From Octopus vulgaris (Eukaryota): a stretch of 64,000 bases of DNA. The notes under the pieces are model-generated. The model saw only the letters and a list, made by a program, of their open reading frames with translations. It was not told the origin of the DNA and ran no database searches. Below, one piece after another: positions 1 through 14,566 of this stretch. Position 1 is the first letter of the stretch. Each line of letters opens with the position of its first letter. Both the position numbers and the translations under genes were made by a program. The stretch covers positions 88,164,001-88,228,000 of the forward strand of contig OX597821.1 of NCBI GenBank assembly GCA_951406725.2. Reading direction: 5' to 3'.

Positions 1-696
1 ATTCACATATATATTACTTATTGATCTCCTATTACAATCTAGTATCGATGAATGCATTACTGTTGAGTTTTATGTCATAATTGAGTAATGTTTCTTAGGT
101 AGATTCTTATGTCCATAGCACAAAGACTGTCTTCGTGCTGTTTGTTACAGACAGTATTCATTAAACTGTAGCTCGTTGATTTCCCTGGCACTTTGGAGAG
201 TTTGAAGTTTGTGGTTGTTTATAAATAAAATACTTGTCAAAGTTAATGTCATAACTACGAACTATTCTCTGTATGACTATGTGACATGTAACGTCAGAGT
301 GAACCGGATTAATCCATTGAATACACACGCGCTAGCAACGAGGGGGAAACTAGTGTTTCTACATAAAAGTATATTCTGTCGAATTTTAATGGCTTTGGAG
401 TGATCAGTACGCTAATATCATCAGACTGAACCGATTCTTCTCTTTCGTGAAATTTTTGGTTAGCCTTCAGCCGACCTTGATGCAACGGTCCTGAGATCAA
501 ACTCAATCTATATTTTGTTTCTGACATAAGATATCGAAGAAGATATAATCAAATGTCTCATTTCGTATTTAAGATGGCAAGGTGTGATATGAGGACTATT
601 TGGCGGCCATAACAAGCAGAGTGACCGATTACACACAGCTTACTCCTTTGGTTTCTAGTTGCTGCTTTTTCATGGTGTCTTATACAGTTAAGTGAT

Positions 697-869
697 TCAG
701 AGAGTAGATACCGAACATATCTTGTAATAAGACCTATTACAGCTGGGAGGTGCAGAGATTGTACTATCACGGCGTCTAAGTTGACTAGTGTAACTAAGTT
801 GACGAGACAGTGTAATGGAAAATGTCTTCTTATGATGTATATCACAGTTACATACATCAGACTCTGCAG
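697..869 (-). CDS. Candidate terminal coding exon of a minus-strand gene (unknown product, membrane-protein C-tail-like)
   Basis: Acceptor ctttcag (876-870), then phase-1 frame AESDVCNCDIHHKKTFSITLSRQLSYTSQLRRRDSTISAPPSCNRSYYKICSVSTL* ending TGA at 699-697. An in-frame stop lies just upstream of the acceptor. RQLS/RRDS kinase-like motifs and a class I PDZ-type end (S-T-L). Polypyrimidine tract is weak. Confidence 0.45.
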
Positions 870-1779
870 CTGAAAGTTATTTTCTTTAATACATGTTATA
901 GCAAGTAACCAAAAGTTGCTATTAAAGTAACTTTGTCAAGAGTAGCACCAGTGTTTGGATATGTAATGACAGTTTTTTTCGACGATAGATCCGTGTTCTA
1001 TCGATTTGGCCAGCTGTGACTCTAACACACTTGCTTATGTCCCACGAATAACTGATTAATATTTCATAAACCAATATATAATCCGACTGTTTGCTTGTTT
1101 GATGTAGTTGATCTTTTAATCTTTTATATATTACTAACTTCTATTATCGAAGCATGAGTTATTTTTTCGGTCAATATTCCTTCCTTGGTTTCTCCTCTAC
1201 TAAGCTTTTGTAGTTTTTCCCCTCCATGGCGTTTGTTAGTGACAGCACCGTAAATTTTCGTTGCAATGTCATTGCATTATTTACAACTCACTACTTTAGT
1301 GTGTAAGTGCTTTCTACAGATTTAAACGGTACGTTTAGATTTGTGACGAGATAGTTTCTCTGCCGACAACTTGATCCTGGTGTTAACGGTTCAGAAAATA
1401 TTGTGGACTGATCGAGATCGCGAGATACCATGAAAAACCAATGATTCACACTTTATGCTTTGTGCTTTTGCATTGTTTTGTTTTGTTAATGTTCTATACT
1501 AGCTATGCTTTGTTTTATTATTTACATTTTGGTTTTCGTTATTTCTGTCAATGAATATATAATTTTTGTTGTTAGAATTATTGTTGTAATGGATGATTTT
1601 ATTAACAGCAGCGGTGTCAGCGACGTTTTATTTTACTGATGTATGCTTGACGTAGTGAAGTGAAAGTATTGGTGCGAATAATGGAGTCGGTCAATAGGAT
1701 AACAAACGGGTAAATAGGTAACTGTATTATCAGTTATGAGAGGCAAATATGCTTAAGAACAATGGAACATTGTGGGCAA

Positions 1780-2135
1780 ATTGCTTCACAAATTGCTGTT
1801 TCATTGGTAAATATCTCAGTGAGAATGAAATATCATAACTCAAAAGTGAGATATCACAGAAAGTTAGGTAAATATTTTACAGAAGATGTTACAACATGTT
1901 GCAAGTATAATAGATGTATCTTCAAAATATTACTAAACTACCATTAAAATAATTCTAAATATCATTAATACACCAATAATATCTCTGATTCTGATAAATA
2001 TCACAGCATCATTACTAAGTATCAATGAAACATCATTAATTCTCACTAATTTGCCCCAAATATTGCCTGAAATAACACTATTGCTGTCTATCACAAAAAC
2101 TTCGCATAACTATCAATGAATATCATGAACTATCA
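1780..2135. repeat. Degenerate AAATATCA-type minisatellite-like tract
   Basis: Recurrent aaatatca/aatatc variants every ~11-22 bp; same texture at ~3055-3380 and in patches to ~4300. Confidence 0.5.
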
Positions 2136-2336
2136 GGGCGAATGCATCTGACAAAATGTTTTGTAATATGCATTCTGATCTCTTACTCTCGAAGTTCAAA
2201 TTTTGCCAAGGTCATATCTGATTTTCACGCTTCTGGAGGCGATAAAGTAACAGGCAAGGATTGTTGGCACACACACTCACTAGAGTAAAGGACGTGATGT
2301 CTTGCTGTATTTGCTCCAGCATTTCATCATCTGCGT

Positions 2337-2640
2337 TCAGATCCACCCATCGACAACTTGAGGGAGGGAGTTGACCTACTCTGTTACCAAACTCGGCGCT
2401 TAAATTCTAATGTGTCTTTAATGGAGTTTAATCTACTGCAAAGCATTCGAGACGAGTCTTCAAACATTTTTCAGAATACCTCCTTCCTGGAAAGATAGAA
2501 ACGATATCCTTTAGAGGATAACCATTTTTCTTCTTTCTCATCAGTCTTGAAAATCTACCTATGTGATCAACAATTTTTAAATATCAATGTAATCTCACTA
2601 GAATTTCATTTAAATATTGATTAAATTTTGGCACAAGGCT
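2337..2640. repeat. ~300-bp dispersed repeat, copy 1 (copy 2 at 15100-15412)
   Basis: Colinear match from ttcagatcc..ccatcgacaactt through gcaaagcattcgag and cttcctggaa to aaattttggcacaagg. Confidence 0.8.
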
Positions 2641-3050
2641 AATAAATACTGGGAGTGGTAAGTCGATTACCTCAATCTCAGTGCTTAAATGGAACTTATT
2701 TTATTGATCCAGAAAAATGAAAGGCAAGGAACACCTCAGCGGAATTTGAACTCTGAACATAAAGACGGACGAAATGCCGCTAAGCATTTTCCCGGCATGA
2801 TTACGCTTCTGCCAGGTCATCGCCTTAAGAAACCTCTAAAATATTAGTTTCCAATTTTGGCACAAGGCCAGAAATTTCGGCAGAGGGGATAAATTGATTA
2901 CATCGACCCCAGCACTCTCCTGGCACTTATGTTATCGATCTCGTAAAGGATGAAAGGCAAAGTCGGCCGTGCGGGATTCAAACTTAAAAGGTAAAGACGG
3001 ACGAAATGCATTTTACCCGGCGTGCTATCGGTTCTGCCAGCTCGCCACTT
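2625..3050 (-). mobile_element. Two adjacent family-B tRNA-SINE copies (2625-2826, 2850-3050)
   Basis: Reverse complement of ggcggcgagctggcagaa...gagttcaaattccgccgaggtcgactttgcctttcatcctttcggggtcgataaaataagtaccag...cttgtgccaaaa. The central part resembles the MetaSINE-type core. Confidence 0.85.
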
Positions 3051-4339
3051 TAATATGTTAAAATATTAAAATATAAACGTCACCAGAGTACCAATAATTT
3101 CAATGAATAACTGTAGAATATCACCGATGAATCATTAAATATTAATGTACCACTAGAAATCTGTAAATATCCGTAAAAATATGGAATAAATATCAATAAT
3201 TCATCAAAAGCTATTGCTCGAGTATCAATGAGTTTTAAAATGTATTAGGAAAAACTTCATTACATTACCGCTTATATATCTTTAAAATTTAATCAAAATA
3301 TCATTAAGGTCGAAATTAAAATATCTGGGAAATACCACTACTTTATTAAAATATTTTTGGTGATATTTCACTGATGTTTTACGTTGAATGGATAATAACA
3401 TACGTCAAGAGTATGATGTCAATTTACTGGCGAGACACAGCGGACAATTCTCCATGAAATCACTTTCTATCACCTTAAGAATGTAAGAATAATTCCAGAT
3501 CGATAACCACTGAACATGGATCTGTTCGATGGCTCGATGAGTGCTGATAGGTAAGTAATCAACAGCAGCAACTGCAAGGACAACAACATGAGGTTTTATT
3601 TACGCACTTTGTTGCAACTACTAAATATCATAATGATGTATATAAGCATCATTATACAGGAAATTTGATACATAACTGAAAAGATAATAACCAATGACCA
3701 TTTTCCGAAATATTGCAAAGGAAACTAGATGCCATGGCTGAAAAGGTAATATAATAGTATTATGATATCTTAATGCTGAGACAAGCTCAACCTCTCAAAA
3801 ATATAAAAATTTATACAAAACTGGATATCATATCCGAAAATATTTTTTACCATATATTATGATATAAAAAAATATACGGGAGCATTTCAGAAGTGATATA
3901 TAGAATTATGGATATCAACACTGTATCCTATGTCAGCGTTTATCATTGACATTGAATGGGAAGTCAAACGCAGGGCCTTTAGAGTAGTAACTTCCGCATC
4001 CTTACATAGGTAAATGGATAACTGATATCATCCAACATTGGATGATATCAGAAATATATTATTGCATAGATTATACTGCAAAATATCTGTGAAATATCAT
4101 TATATTCAATAATAGATGTGGAAAGTGAAAGAATAATAAAACTATAATATTGGAAGGTTTATTCAAACGCAAACATGTCCAAAATATCAGTTATACACAA
4201 AAATAAACAGTAGAAATGAAAGGTTAATATCAATATATGTTATTACACGGATTATATACCATAACATCTGTGGAATATCGCAACTAAAAAAATATGATAA
4301 TAATACCGGGCTGTTTTATATAATATACTTTGAATATAC

Positions 4340-4620
<281 letters not shown>

Positions 4621-5068
4621 GTATAGCATAGCGCTGCGAAAGTATAAATTTCTGTTATTACGTATATGAATTACACACCAGAACATCTGTCACGTATCAT
4701 TATTTGGAAGAACGGATAAATTCTTCTCCGGAATATCAATTATATAGAAAAATGAATATCAACACTGAACAAAATTTATTATTGTATATTATTACTTAAA
4801 TTATACACAAGAACAGCTGGAAAATTAGACTCGTACACATTTACATTCAAAGAGACATACACATACATACGTTTGTGACTGTATGTATACATACATACAT
4901 ATGCAAGTAAACACACTCTAAACACACGAACAAACACAGACGCAAATGAAAGTACACAAACATTGACTTGCTCGAAGGTGTGATATATGGAAACGGAAAA
5001 CTCAGAGTAGTATCTAAGTCAAAGCATCATATCTAATATACGAATAAAACTTTGTGATTTTAAATTCA

Positions 5069-5110
<42 letters not shown>

Positions 5111-5384
5111 TATATACACATATGTGTGTATATATATATATATACATATAATGAACTCTTCCGTCGTTAGACGACTTATGAGGATTCGACAATTTCTTAC
5201 CGAACAACCACACAGATGATTCGTTTATAGTGATCAAATGTTTGTGTAGACATAAGCTCACTCCCTCTTTCAGACCGACATTACCTGTAAGGAGGCAACG
5301 CTTGCCACATGTCATATGTCAAAATGATCACAGTGCAACGTGAAATGAAGCCCGGTCTGGGAATGGAATCGAACCCAACTGTCT

Positions 5385-5460
<76 letters not shown>

Positions 5461-5462
<2 letters not shown>

Positions 5463-5807
5463 CAAAGTGAAGTTCTAAGGCACCGCACAAGTGGAAATAT
5501 ATATGAAAGAAGGTTTGAAAATGCAATTGTAAAGATGTTTATTCACTTGACCGGTTTCACTTTTTTAGAAAAAACATTGTCAAAATAAAATGTAAAGCGT
5601 TATATAAGCTTTGTTGTGTTAAGTATTGGTAGTCACAAATTTCTTTGATAATAATAAGAAAATGTTAGAAACAGTTTACAAGGAAATATCTGAGAAAATA
5701 TTAAGCAAAAAGTATTAGGAGTTCCATAAAAATCATGTTTGTGTCGAAGTATCTATATACATACAAAGAATAAGTGTTAGGAGTTCAATAAACATGTTTG
5801 TTTGCTA

Positions 5808-5874
<67 letters not shown>

Positions 5875-6260
5875 AAATGAATAAAAGAATGGAGTCGAAC
5901 GAAGATTTTAACACAATTCCTTTACTTTCAACACATGTTTCGAAGACTGCATATTCTTAATTCCGAAGGAATAAAGTGTGCATTATGCCGTCTTCTTATT
6001 AGGAAAGACAAGGAAAATCAATCAGCTTTAAGACGGACAAAAACTTTTCTATGGCTTGCTACATAATGTTCACAGTAAAGGAATTGTGTTAAAATCTTCG
6101 TTCGACTCCATTCTTTTATTCATTTTAAATAATACACAAATGACCACACAAGAACACGGGGTTTCTACCCTTGGCATGTAGCTTCAACCGTGATTTCTGA
6201 CGTGAATTTGCTACCCAGGTATCGATTAACCGAATTATCAATACTAGGATAATTCATTCA

Positions 6261-6263
<3 letters not shown>
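5461..6263 (-). mobile_element. Penelope-like terminal fragments between (TA)n tracts, with a 56-bp inverted repeat (5871-5926 / 6074-6129)
   Basis: Flanked by (TA)n; contains decayed HHR motifs at ~5545-5585 and 5925-6007; partial inverted duplication typical of PLE pseudo-LTRs. Confidence 0.6.
5925..6007 (-). ncRNA. Type I hammerhead ribozyme, inactivated core
   Basis: Minus strand: ctttc-CTAATAA-gaagac..gtcttc-GAAA-ca(tg)tg-TT-gaaag. All three stems present; CUGAUGA reads CUAAUAA. Confidence 0.65.
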
Positions 6264-6352
<89 letters not shown>

Positions 6353-6776
6353 CAGAAGGATATATATTTAGGAGTTCACAAAGAATTTGAGATGAACCAA
6401 CCTATTTTAGCATTTTTTGTTTTCAAAAAATATTTTTCCTTTATCGGAACAATTTTGGTCTATAACTGTTTCCAATAGTCATTATAGGTACATTACTTAT
6501 AAGTTTACTCAATTAGTCTATTGATCAATTGAAAAAAATTTGGTCGTTCAATTTTTCTCATTTGATCAATCGAACAATTGAGCAAACATATCAGTAATGT
6601 AGCTATAAAGACTACTGGAAAAAGCTGTAACTCAAATTTGCGCCAATAAAAAAAAATATGTAACGACTATCATTTTTAATGGTCATTATGTTTTTGTCCG
6701 ATAAACACACGCACTATGTATTTTCTCTTCACTCGTTTATTACTGATCTTATTTTAATATTTTAGCTCATACATAT

Positions 6777-6821
6777 TGTCCGGAAATCTTTCGTCACACT
6801 TCTGTGACCTCTTCAGCGACA
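6777..6821 (-). ncRNA. Type I (minimal) hammerhead ribozyme
   Basis: Minus strand: tgtcg-CTGAAGA-g-gtcaca(gaag)tgtgac-GAAA-gatt-TC-cggaca. Perfect 6-bp stem II, one extra base after A9, minimal stem III, bulged stem I. Confidence 0.65.
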
Positions 6822-6861
6822 CTTTTCGTTTTCTATTGTGATCTTGATCCACTTACTCCAG

Positions 6862-7185
6862 AATGCGTGGCACCTCGGTCAAGTGTCTTTTGTTATAGAC
6901 CCGGGCCGACAAAAGCCTCGTGAGTAGATGTGGTAGGTGGAAACTGAAAGAAGCCCGTTTTATATATGTGTATATGTATGTGTTTGTGTTTCGGTGTTTG
7001 TCCCGCCACCATCGCTTGACAAACGATATTGGTGCGCTTACGTCACCGTAACCTAGCGGTTCGGCAAAAGAACCGATAGAATAAGTACTAGGCTTACAAA
7101 GAATAAGTCCTGGGGTCGATTTGTTCGACTAAAGGCGGTGCTCCAGCATGGACACAGTAAAGATGACTGAAACAAGTTAAAGAAG
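6862..7185 (+). mobile_element. Family-A tRNA-SINE, 5'-truncated
   Basis: gcacctcggtcaagtgtctt...ggaaactgaaagaagccc...ggttcggcaaaag..ccgatagaataagtactaggcttacaaag...ggcggtgctccagcatgg...gactgaaacaag. Confidence 0.9.
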
Positions 7186-7269
7186 AATAAAGGAAGAAAC
7201 CCGAAATACAAAAATATCGGTTTCAAAACACGACTTCACATCAGGAATCTTGGAACAAAAATAAATAAG

Positions 7270-7357
<88 letters not shown>

Positions 7358-7501
7358 AATATAAGGATAGTGGACATCCATTAAGATAGAAGTAGATCTG
7401 CTATGGTCTTACCACTAAGAAAGGAATGTTCTCAAGAAATTTTTAGAAAACGCCAGAACTTAAACGAGCAAGACAAATGGAGAGAAACAAAATAGAGATT
7501 A

Positions 7502-7560
7502 ATCACAATCTAGTTTCGCTATTATCACTTACGTAATTGTCCGTAGCTCGTCAGTGTGAT
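7502..7560 (-). ncRNA. Type I hammerhead ribozyme with mutated cleavage triplet, inside PLE-type fragment ~7360-7780
   Basis: Minus strand: atcaca-CTGACGA-gcta...tagc-GAAA-ctag-AT-tgtgat. The expected U16.1 is A. Confidence 0.6.
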
Positions 7561-7990
7561 CGTCTTTGCAAAGATTATTTACAGAACTATGCACGAGACG
7601 TCCACAAAAGATTTAACATTTAGATAGTTCTACCATTTACACTTGGGGTTACCTTTCGTTTTGGCATGCCAAAATACCGGAAATAATTCAGAAGAAAATA
7701 AATTTCTGCAGTGAAATTTGCCGGTTATTTAAATTCAAATTTAAATTTAAAATATTCAATTTTTCACCCTTATTATTTTAAACACACACACACACACACA
7801 CATACACACACACACATATATATATATATACATACATATATGCAAATATATATATATATGTACATTTATACATATATACATAGTGGCTGTGTGGTAAGTA
7901 GCTTGCTAACCAACCACATGGTTGCGGGTTCAGTCCCACTGCGTGGCATCTTCCAAACTACATATATAATGTATGTACATACATACATAC

Positions 7991-8061
<71 letters not shown>

Positions 8062-8063
<2 letters not shown>

Positions 8064-8480
8064 AGAACAATCTTACTTTGAAAGAGATGCGTGCGTTCCG
8101 TCATATAATATATTAATAAATAAAACATATGCATATATATATATACATATATGTACGTACCTACCTCTACATGTATATATATACACGCATATATTAGTTC
8201 AGGACACCAAAAAAAAAAACGTCGAACACAATGAGAAACTAAAACATAGACACAAACCCAAGGAACTGGACATTTTTTCTTAAACAACAAAAAAATAGAG
8301 TACAGGACAAATAACACAAGGAAAAACCCCTTCTTCAGTCGCCATGGTTTCATCCTCATTGTGTTCGACGTTTTTTTGGTGTCCTGTACTCATATATGCG
8401 TGTATATATACATGTAGAGGTAGGTACGTACCGTACATATATGTATATATATATGCATATGTTTTATTTATTAATATATA
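8062..8480. mobile_element. PLE-type terminal repeat with ~125-bp inverted duplication (8109-8235 / 8356-8479)
   Basis: caggacaccaaaa..acgtcgaacacaatgag and its reverse complement; same family at 35880-36145. Confidence 0.7.
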
Positions 8481-8490
8481 TATATATATA

Positions 8491-8540
8491 TATCAACAAT
8501 TGAGGGTAAAATTAATTAATTTTACCCTCAATTGTTGATA
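8491..8540. repeat. Perfect 50-bp palindrome
   Basis: tatcaacaattgagggtaaaattaa|ttaattttaccctcaattgttgata. Confidence 0.95.
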
Positions 8541-8759
8541 TTATAATTCATTTCTCTCGGTCATGCTGCCTCGGTTCTCGCGGTTAAAATATAATGTTTG
8601 CTAGATAGACCACGTGGGTGGAATGGGGAGTGCAGAATTTTACGCCTGCGCATTTTGAATTTGTTGATACTGTTAGTTGGAGTGGTTCATCTGAAGCGAC
8701 AAGCTCGCTGATAGGTAAAGTTCCTTCTTTTTAGTGTTTCCAAATCCAAATTAAGAAAT

Positions 8760-8822
8760 TTTGAGCTGACGAAAGAAATGCTGATTTTATTTGGCTAATC
8801 TTGAAACGTTGACGTACTCAAA
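8760..8822 (+). ncRNA. Type I hammerhead ribozyme, intact core, GUA cleavage site after 8816
   Basis: tttgag-CTGACGA-aaga...tctt-GAAA-cgt(tg)acg-TA-ctcaaa. 6-bp stem I; stem III/loop ACGTTGACGT is self-complementary with G-U pairs. Lies in a (TA)n-flanked fragment ~8491-9010. Confidence 0.8.
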
Positions 8823-9003
8823 CGATCTATGTACTTGTGATATTTTTCTGTATTTACCCCCAAACCTTCGTGAGCTGTCTGGAGTAAACATTATCTGAGA
8901 GAAATTTTCTTTAAGTAGTAGAAATGCTAAGAAAATTTTTTTTGGCTGCTATTTCTACTAAGTTCAGTATGTGGCAAAGTAATTTATTTTACTAAGCCCT
9001 AAT

Positions 9004-9069
<66 letters not shown>

Positions 9070-9077
9070 GTATATTG

Positions 9078-9273
9078 TGTGCAGTTTTTCCAGAATACAA
9101 GTCAAATTTTCCAAACCAAAATTTACAGCTCAAAAGAATAGAGCGGCTATTATTACACCAAGGTGAATTTGAAGGTCTAATAATTCCATTTGAAATGCAG
9201 CGAAATTTGGAAAGTTAGTGATAATGTTTGACTATTTATAGGGCGCCGACTTGTATGCAGGAAAATGCATTGT
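9078..9273. mobile_element. Decayed MITE (Tc1/pogo-like termini)
   Basis: tgcagtttttccagaatacaagtc ... gacttgtatgcaggaaaatgcattgta imperfect terminal inverted repeats. Confidence 0.45.
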
Positions 9274-10507
9274 AGACACGCTTAATACCTAATTGTTCTG
9301 TTACACATCAATAAACAATGAGTGGAAGCAGTGCATACTGTCCATCGTTTTATTTATTTTTTTTATGAGAAATAGTTATGAAATACTAATTCTCTTGGTC
9401 GAATAATTGAAGTAAACAGTTCTGGTGAGTTAACAATGACAAAGTGAAACGACGACGCAAGTTGTGCTTTAAAAAGCGTTCAACGAGAGAGACTTTTGTG
9501 CTTTCACCAAGGCGTGTTTTTTCACAGGGACCAGAAATGTTTGGTTATATAACGTACGCAAACATATATATTTACTTACGACTTATGCACAAACACGTTG
9601 CGTATACATATATGTATGTATATACATATGCATAGATATCATCACTGAGAAATATCAGTTTTTTTTTCTTCCTGTGATATAACAGGGATTATAATGAAGG
9701 AAGAAATCTCTGAAATATTGTGTAGAAGGACGAGTATAACTATTGAAAAAATACCCAAATAATATTGTTATCCGTTATCATATGGATTACTCATTCTTAC
9801 TTGTGTGAAATATCAATTATATAAATTATTTATCGGCATTGTGAATTATTCTCAAGCATGGATTAGTCATGGATTAGATGTAAGTACACACTGCTAACCG
9901 GCCATACAGCGTTCCATGATATTGTTATCGTAATAATCTATGAGCAAAATGAGATCTATAGAAAATGCCTCTATTGACAATGTGGATTTTCACTGCGCCA
10001 ACAGTACAAAGAGAAGCGATATCTCTCCACATATAAATACACAGATGCTCCCATCCACACACACACACAGAAACACACTTGTATAGATAAACAGCCACAC
10101 GCAAACAAAAAGAAATCAACAACAGCAACAAGAAAACAAAGCACGAACATGTATTAAACACAAACGCACAAACATTGGCAAACACAGACAGAAGTATAAA
10201 CACATTACTCCGCTGCATCACAGATACAAATAATGAAATACACGTAAACAAACACACACAGACAAGCGCGCGTGCACTCCTACATATATATATGTATATA
10301 TAAGATCAAATAAATATATACATAATCGTGCCACATTCCACAGAGAGAGGCACATGCGCGCAAGTACAGAGGCAGAAACAACTTGGGCAGAGATATAAAC
10401 ACAAGTATATAAAGCACCAATTACCAAATACATACAAGAATTCGTACGTAAATGCTTATTCATTCATGCATAAGTTTCATACGTAGATATACATACATAA
10501 ATGTATA

Positions 10508-10547
<40 letters not shown>

Positions 10548-10572
10548 CACACATATACATATATAGACATAT

Positions 10573-10630
<58 letters not shown>

Positions 10631-11526
10631 TATATATATATGTAAATACATATATATATATATATGTACATTGGCTGAGTCTGTATGTGTGTGTTTGTGC
10701 TTGTGTCCATGCTTGCGTATATGTATAGATACACACATATATATGTGTATGTGAGTATATATGTATATACTATATATATGTATATACTCACACACACATA
10801 CAAACACACATGCTTACATACACATATATACACGTACGAGAAATATAAGTATATTTCTATGTATGTATATGTGCATGGTTCTGTACAGAGAAGCATGCCC
10901 ATATACGTATGCACACAACGCACCCATGGCCACCCATTCAAACATACTCACTTATGAGTACACACCGACATACACACACACACGCACACACACACACACA
11001 AATGCACATACGCGCACTCACACACACACACATGCACTCACGCTTTCTCTCTGTAACACACACTCACTCTGTCTCAAACACACACACATATACAGAAAAC
11101 GATGTATACACAGATGCACAAACACATAGAAAGGTAGACAGGCCGTGATATAACAGCATAGAGATACGCACTCAGACACAGGTCACATATACACTATACT
11201 TCTACGCATATACACATGCATTCACGTAAGCATTCCCAGTAACCCTCACCCTCACTTTCCATACAGACACAATAAACACAATGGCTATATATTTACTTAA
11301 CTAAATTAAAAATGAGCGGTGATGGGCGTGTCCCTTTCTTTTGTGAGACGTATTTTTCATTATCTATATTATGTATATCATTCATAATGTTGTTGCTGCG
11401 ATTCTTCTTCTTTTGTTTGATATTGCTTATATATGGTGACTGTGTATGTGCGTGTGATTATATCTATATATCTATATATCTATATACGTATGTCCATAAT
11501 CATACAAACATACGTGGATGCATACA

Positions 11527-11593
<67 letters not shown>

Positions 11594-11645
11594 ATATATA
11601 TATATATATCTATATATATCTATCATGTCATATCATATAACATAG

Positions 11646-11682
<37 letters not shown>

Positions 11683-11683
11683 C

Positions 11684-11734
<51 letters not shown>

Positions 11735-11963
11735 ACTATCTCTATATATGTGTATATATACACCCAAACACACACATCGCACACATACAGGCGCATGCAA
11801 ACGGGCATATGCACACAAACGGGCATACACATACATACATATGTCATTTACACATTTATTTATACATACACACTTATGAATATATATTTCCTATATATTG
11901 GTATACATGTATGTCATATATGTGCTACATACATACATACATACACACACACATATATATATG

Positions 11964-11998
<35 letters not shown>

Positions 11999-12125
11999 TT
12001 ATATATGTATTTATATATATATATTGTATTACATGTATATATATATATTTATGCATATATATAAATGTATAAGTATTACATATACATACATACATGTATA
12101 TATATATATATATATATGATTATGG

Positions 12126-12160
<35 letters not shown>

Positions 12161-12649
12161 AATATAGATGTGTGTACGTTTCTGTATACGTATGTATTAT
12201 ATAGTCCCTCGGCTAAATTGATCTATTTTTCCTTTTGTTACACGTAGTTGTTTTATTTGCCCCTGGTGTGCATCAGTGTGTGTTATTGTATATATGGTAG
12301 TTATACATTACACCCACCATAACCATTGCCACTACGACCCTTGACGCCCCCGCATCGCCATCATCACTACAATCCCCTAACGTACACTAATCGAACTGAA
12401 CACTTACACACGAATAATTACGTATATTGCCATGTATGCCTTATTACATGTATATATGCTTTTATGTATGCTTGTATATATGTTCGCATGTACATGTATT
12501 AATTTTGTATATATTATATAAATAAACTCAAATGTATAAGATGTGTGCACATACGTATTTCTGCATATAAATTTATATATATACATACATATATATATAT
12601 ATGTGTATGTGTGTGTGTGTATATATATGTGTGTATATATATGTGTGTA

Positions 12650-12697
<48 letters not shown>

Positions 12698-13013
12698 ATA
12701 TATATATATAGAATATATAAAATATATATATGATATATATATAACAAGTCTACCTACACATATATATACATATATATGTATATTTGTATATATATATATA
12801 TGTATATATATATATACATCTTTCTTTGTATATTCATGTATCTATACACATACACATACACACAAATATGCAGGAAACATTGTGGATATGTGTATGCATA
12901 TATATACGTATACATATATATATATATATATTGACATATATGCATGCTTATATATATATACATATGTATACGTATTAGTATGTATATATATATGCACACA
13001 CACACACACACAC

Positions 13014-13056
<43 letters not shown>

Positions 13057-13341
13057 GTACTTGTACATATACTTACTTATTACATATATATATTTATATA
13101 CCCATTACATACATATATACATACATACACATAGATCTGTGTTATATATCTGTGTTTCTATGTATATATGCATCCTTGTTGCATCTGAAATGGAGCAGGG
13201 GTACTCTGTTGGTGCGTCAATACATGGTACTCACATTTGGGTGGATATGATAAATAAGCTGTATGCAGCTATGTAGACATAACTTGCAAACAGGGACTCT
13301 CTTTCTCTCCCTCTGTCTTTTCTCTCTCTCTCTGAGACCTT

Positions 13342-13372
<31 letters not shown>

Positions 13373-13574
13373 TCTTCTCTCTCCCTGACACACTCAATCT
13401 CGTGTGTGTGTGTGTGTGTGTGTGTTTGTTTGTGTGTCTGTGTGTGTGTGTTGAAGTGTGCTTACACAGACATTGATTCTTCAGTAATATTCCCTTTGGA
13501 AATTGTATTAAAGATATCGAAGATAAATAAAGGCGAAAACTAACAAATAAGTAAAATATCTAGAAGATAAAACG

Positions 13575-13938
<364 letters not shown>

Positions 13939-14566
13939 GCGTTTGTAAAAGAAAACGAATAACGAATATAAAAGAAATCGCAAACAAGTGGAGGGGACGA
14001 CAACTACAAGAAGAGTAAGGATAAGAAATGACAAAACAAGTACAAATTTCTACCACCCCGTTGTCCCTCACTCTTATCACCGAAAATATATAAAAAATTA
14101 TGAATATAAAACATATATGATTATTAAGGCCCCCACCACAAAAAAAAAAAAGCAAGAAAAAGAAAAAAATGTAGGAGACCCCCAATAAAATCAGTAATGA
14201 AATAATAAAGAAAAAAACGTTATAAGGAAAAAAAAAGAAAACAGCCCAAAACAATTGATCCAGATTTATTTGGCAAATGGTCGGTAACTAGATGGTTTGT
14301 AAGATACGCTGTTGATATTGTTCTTCATGTTGTTGCTGTTGTTTTTTTATTTATTGCGGCAGCGAGGCTGGTGGACCTGTGGTTATTTGGCGTTGGTGTT
14401 TAGGATGGTGTTACTGATAATGATGATGATGGTGATGATGATGAGGATGAGGATGAGGATGAGGATGATGACAACGACGACGATGATGATGGAGCTAGTG
14501 TTGTTGTTACTGGTGTTAATAGCATTGTTATTATTACGATTTTCTTGTTGTTAGTATTGTTCTGCG

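Noticed and set aside
5209-5285. Exon-like segment with cttacag| and |gtaag on the minus strand
   Set aside because: Appears to lie within a SINE-type repeat fragment.
7881-7955. tRNA-like A/B box sequence
   Set aside because: Head of the family-A SINE; no cloverleaf.
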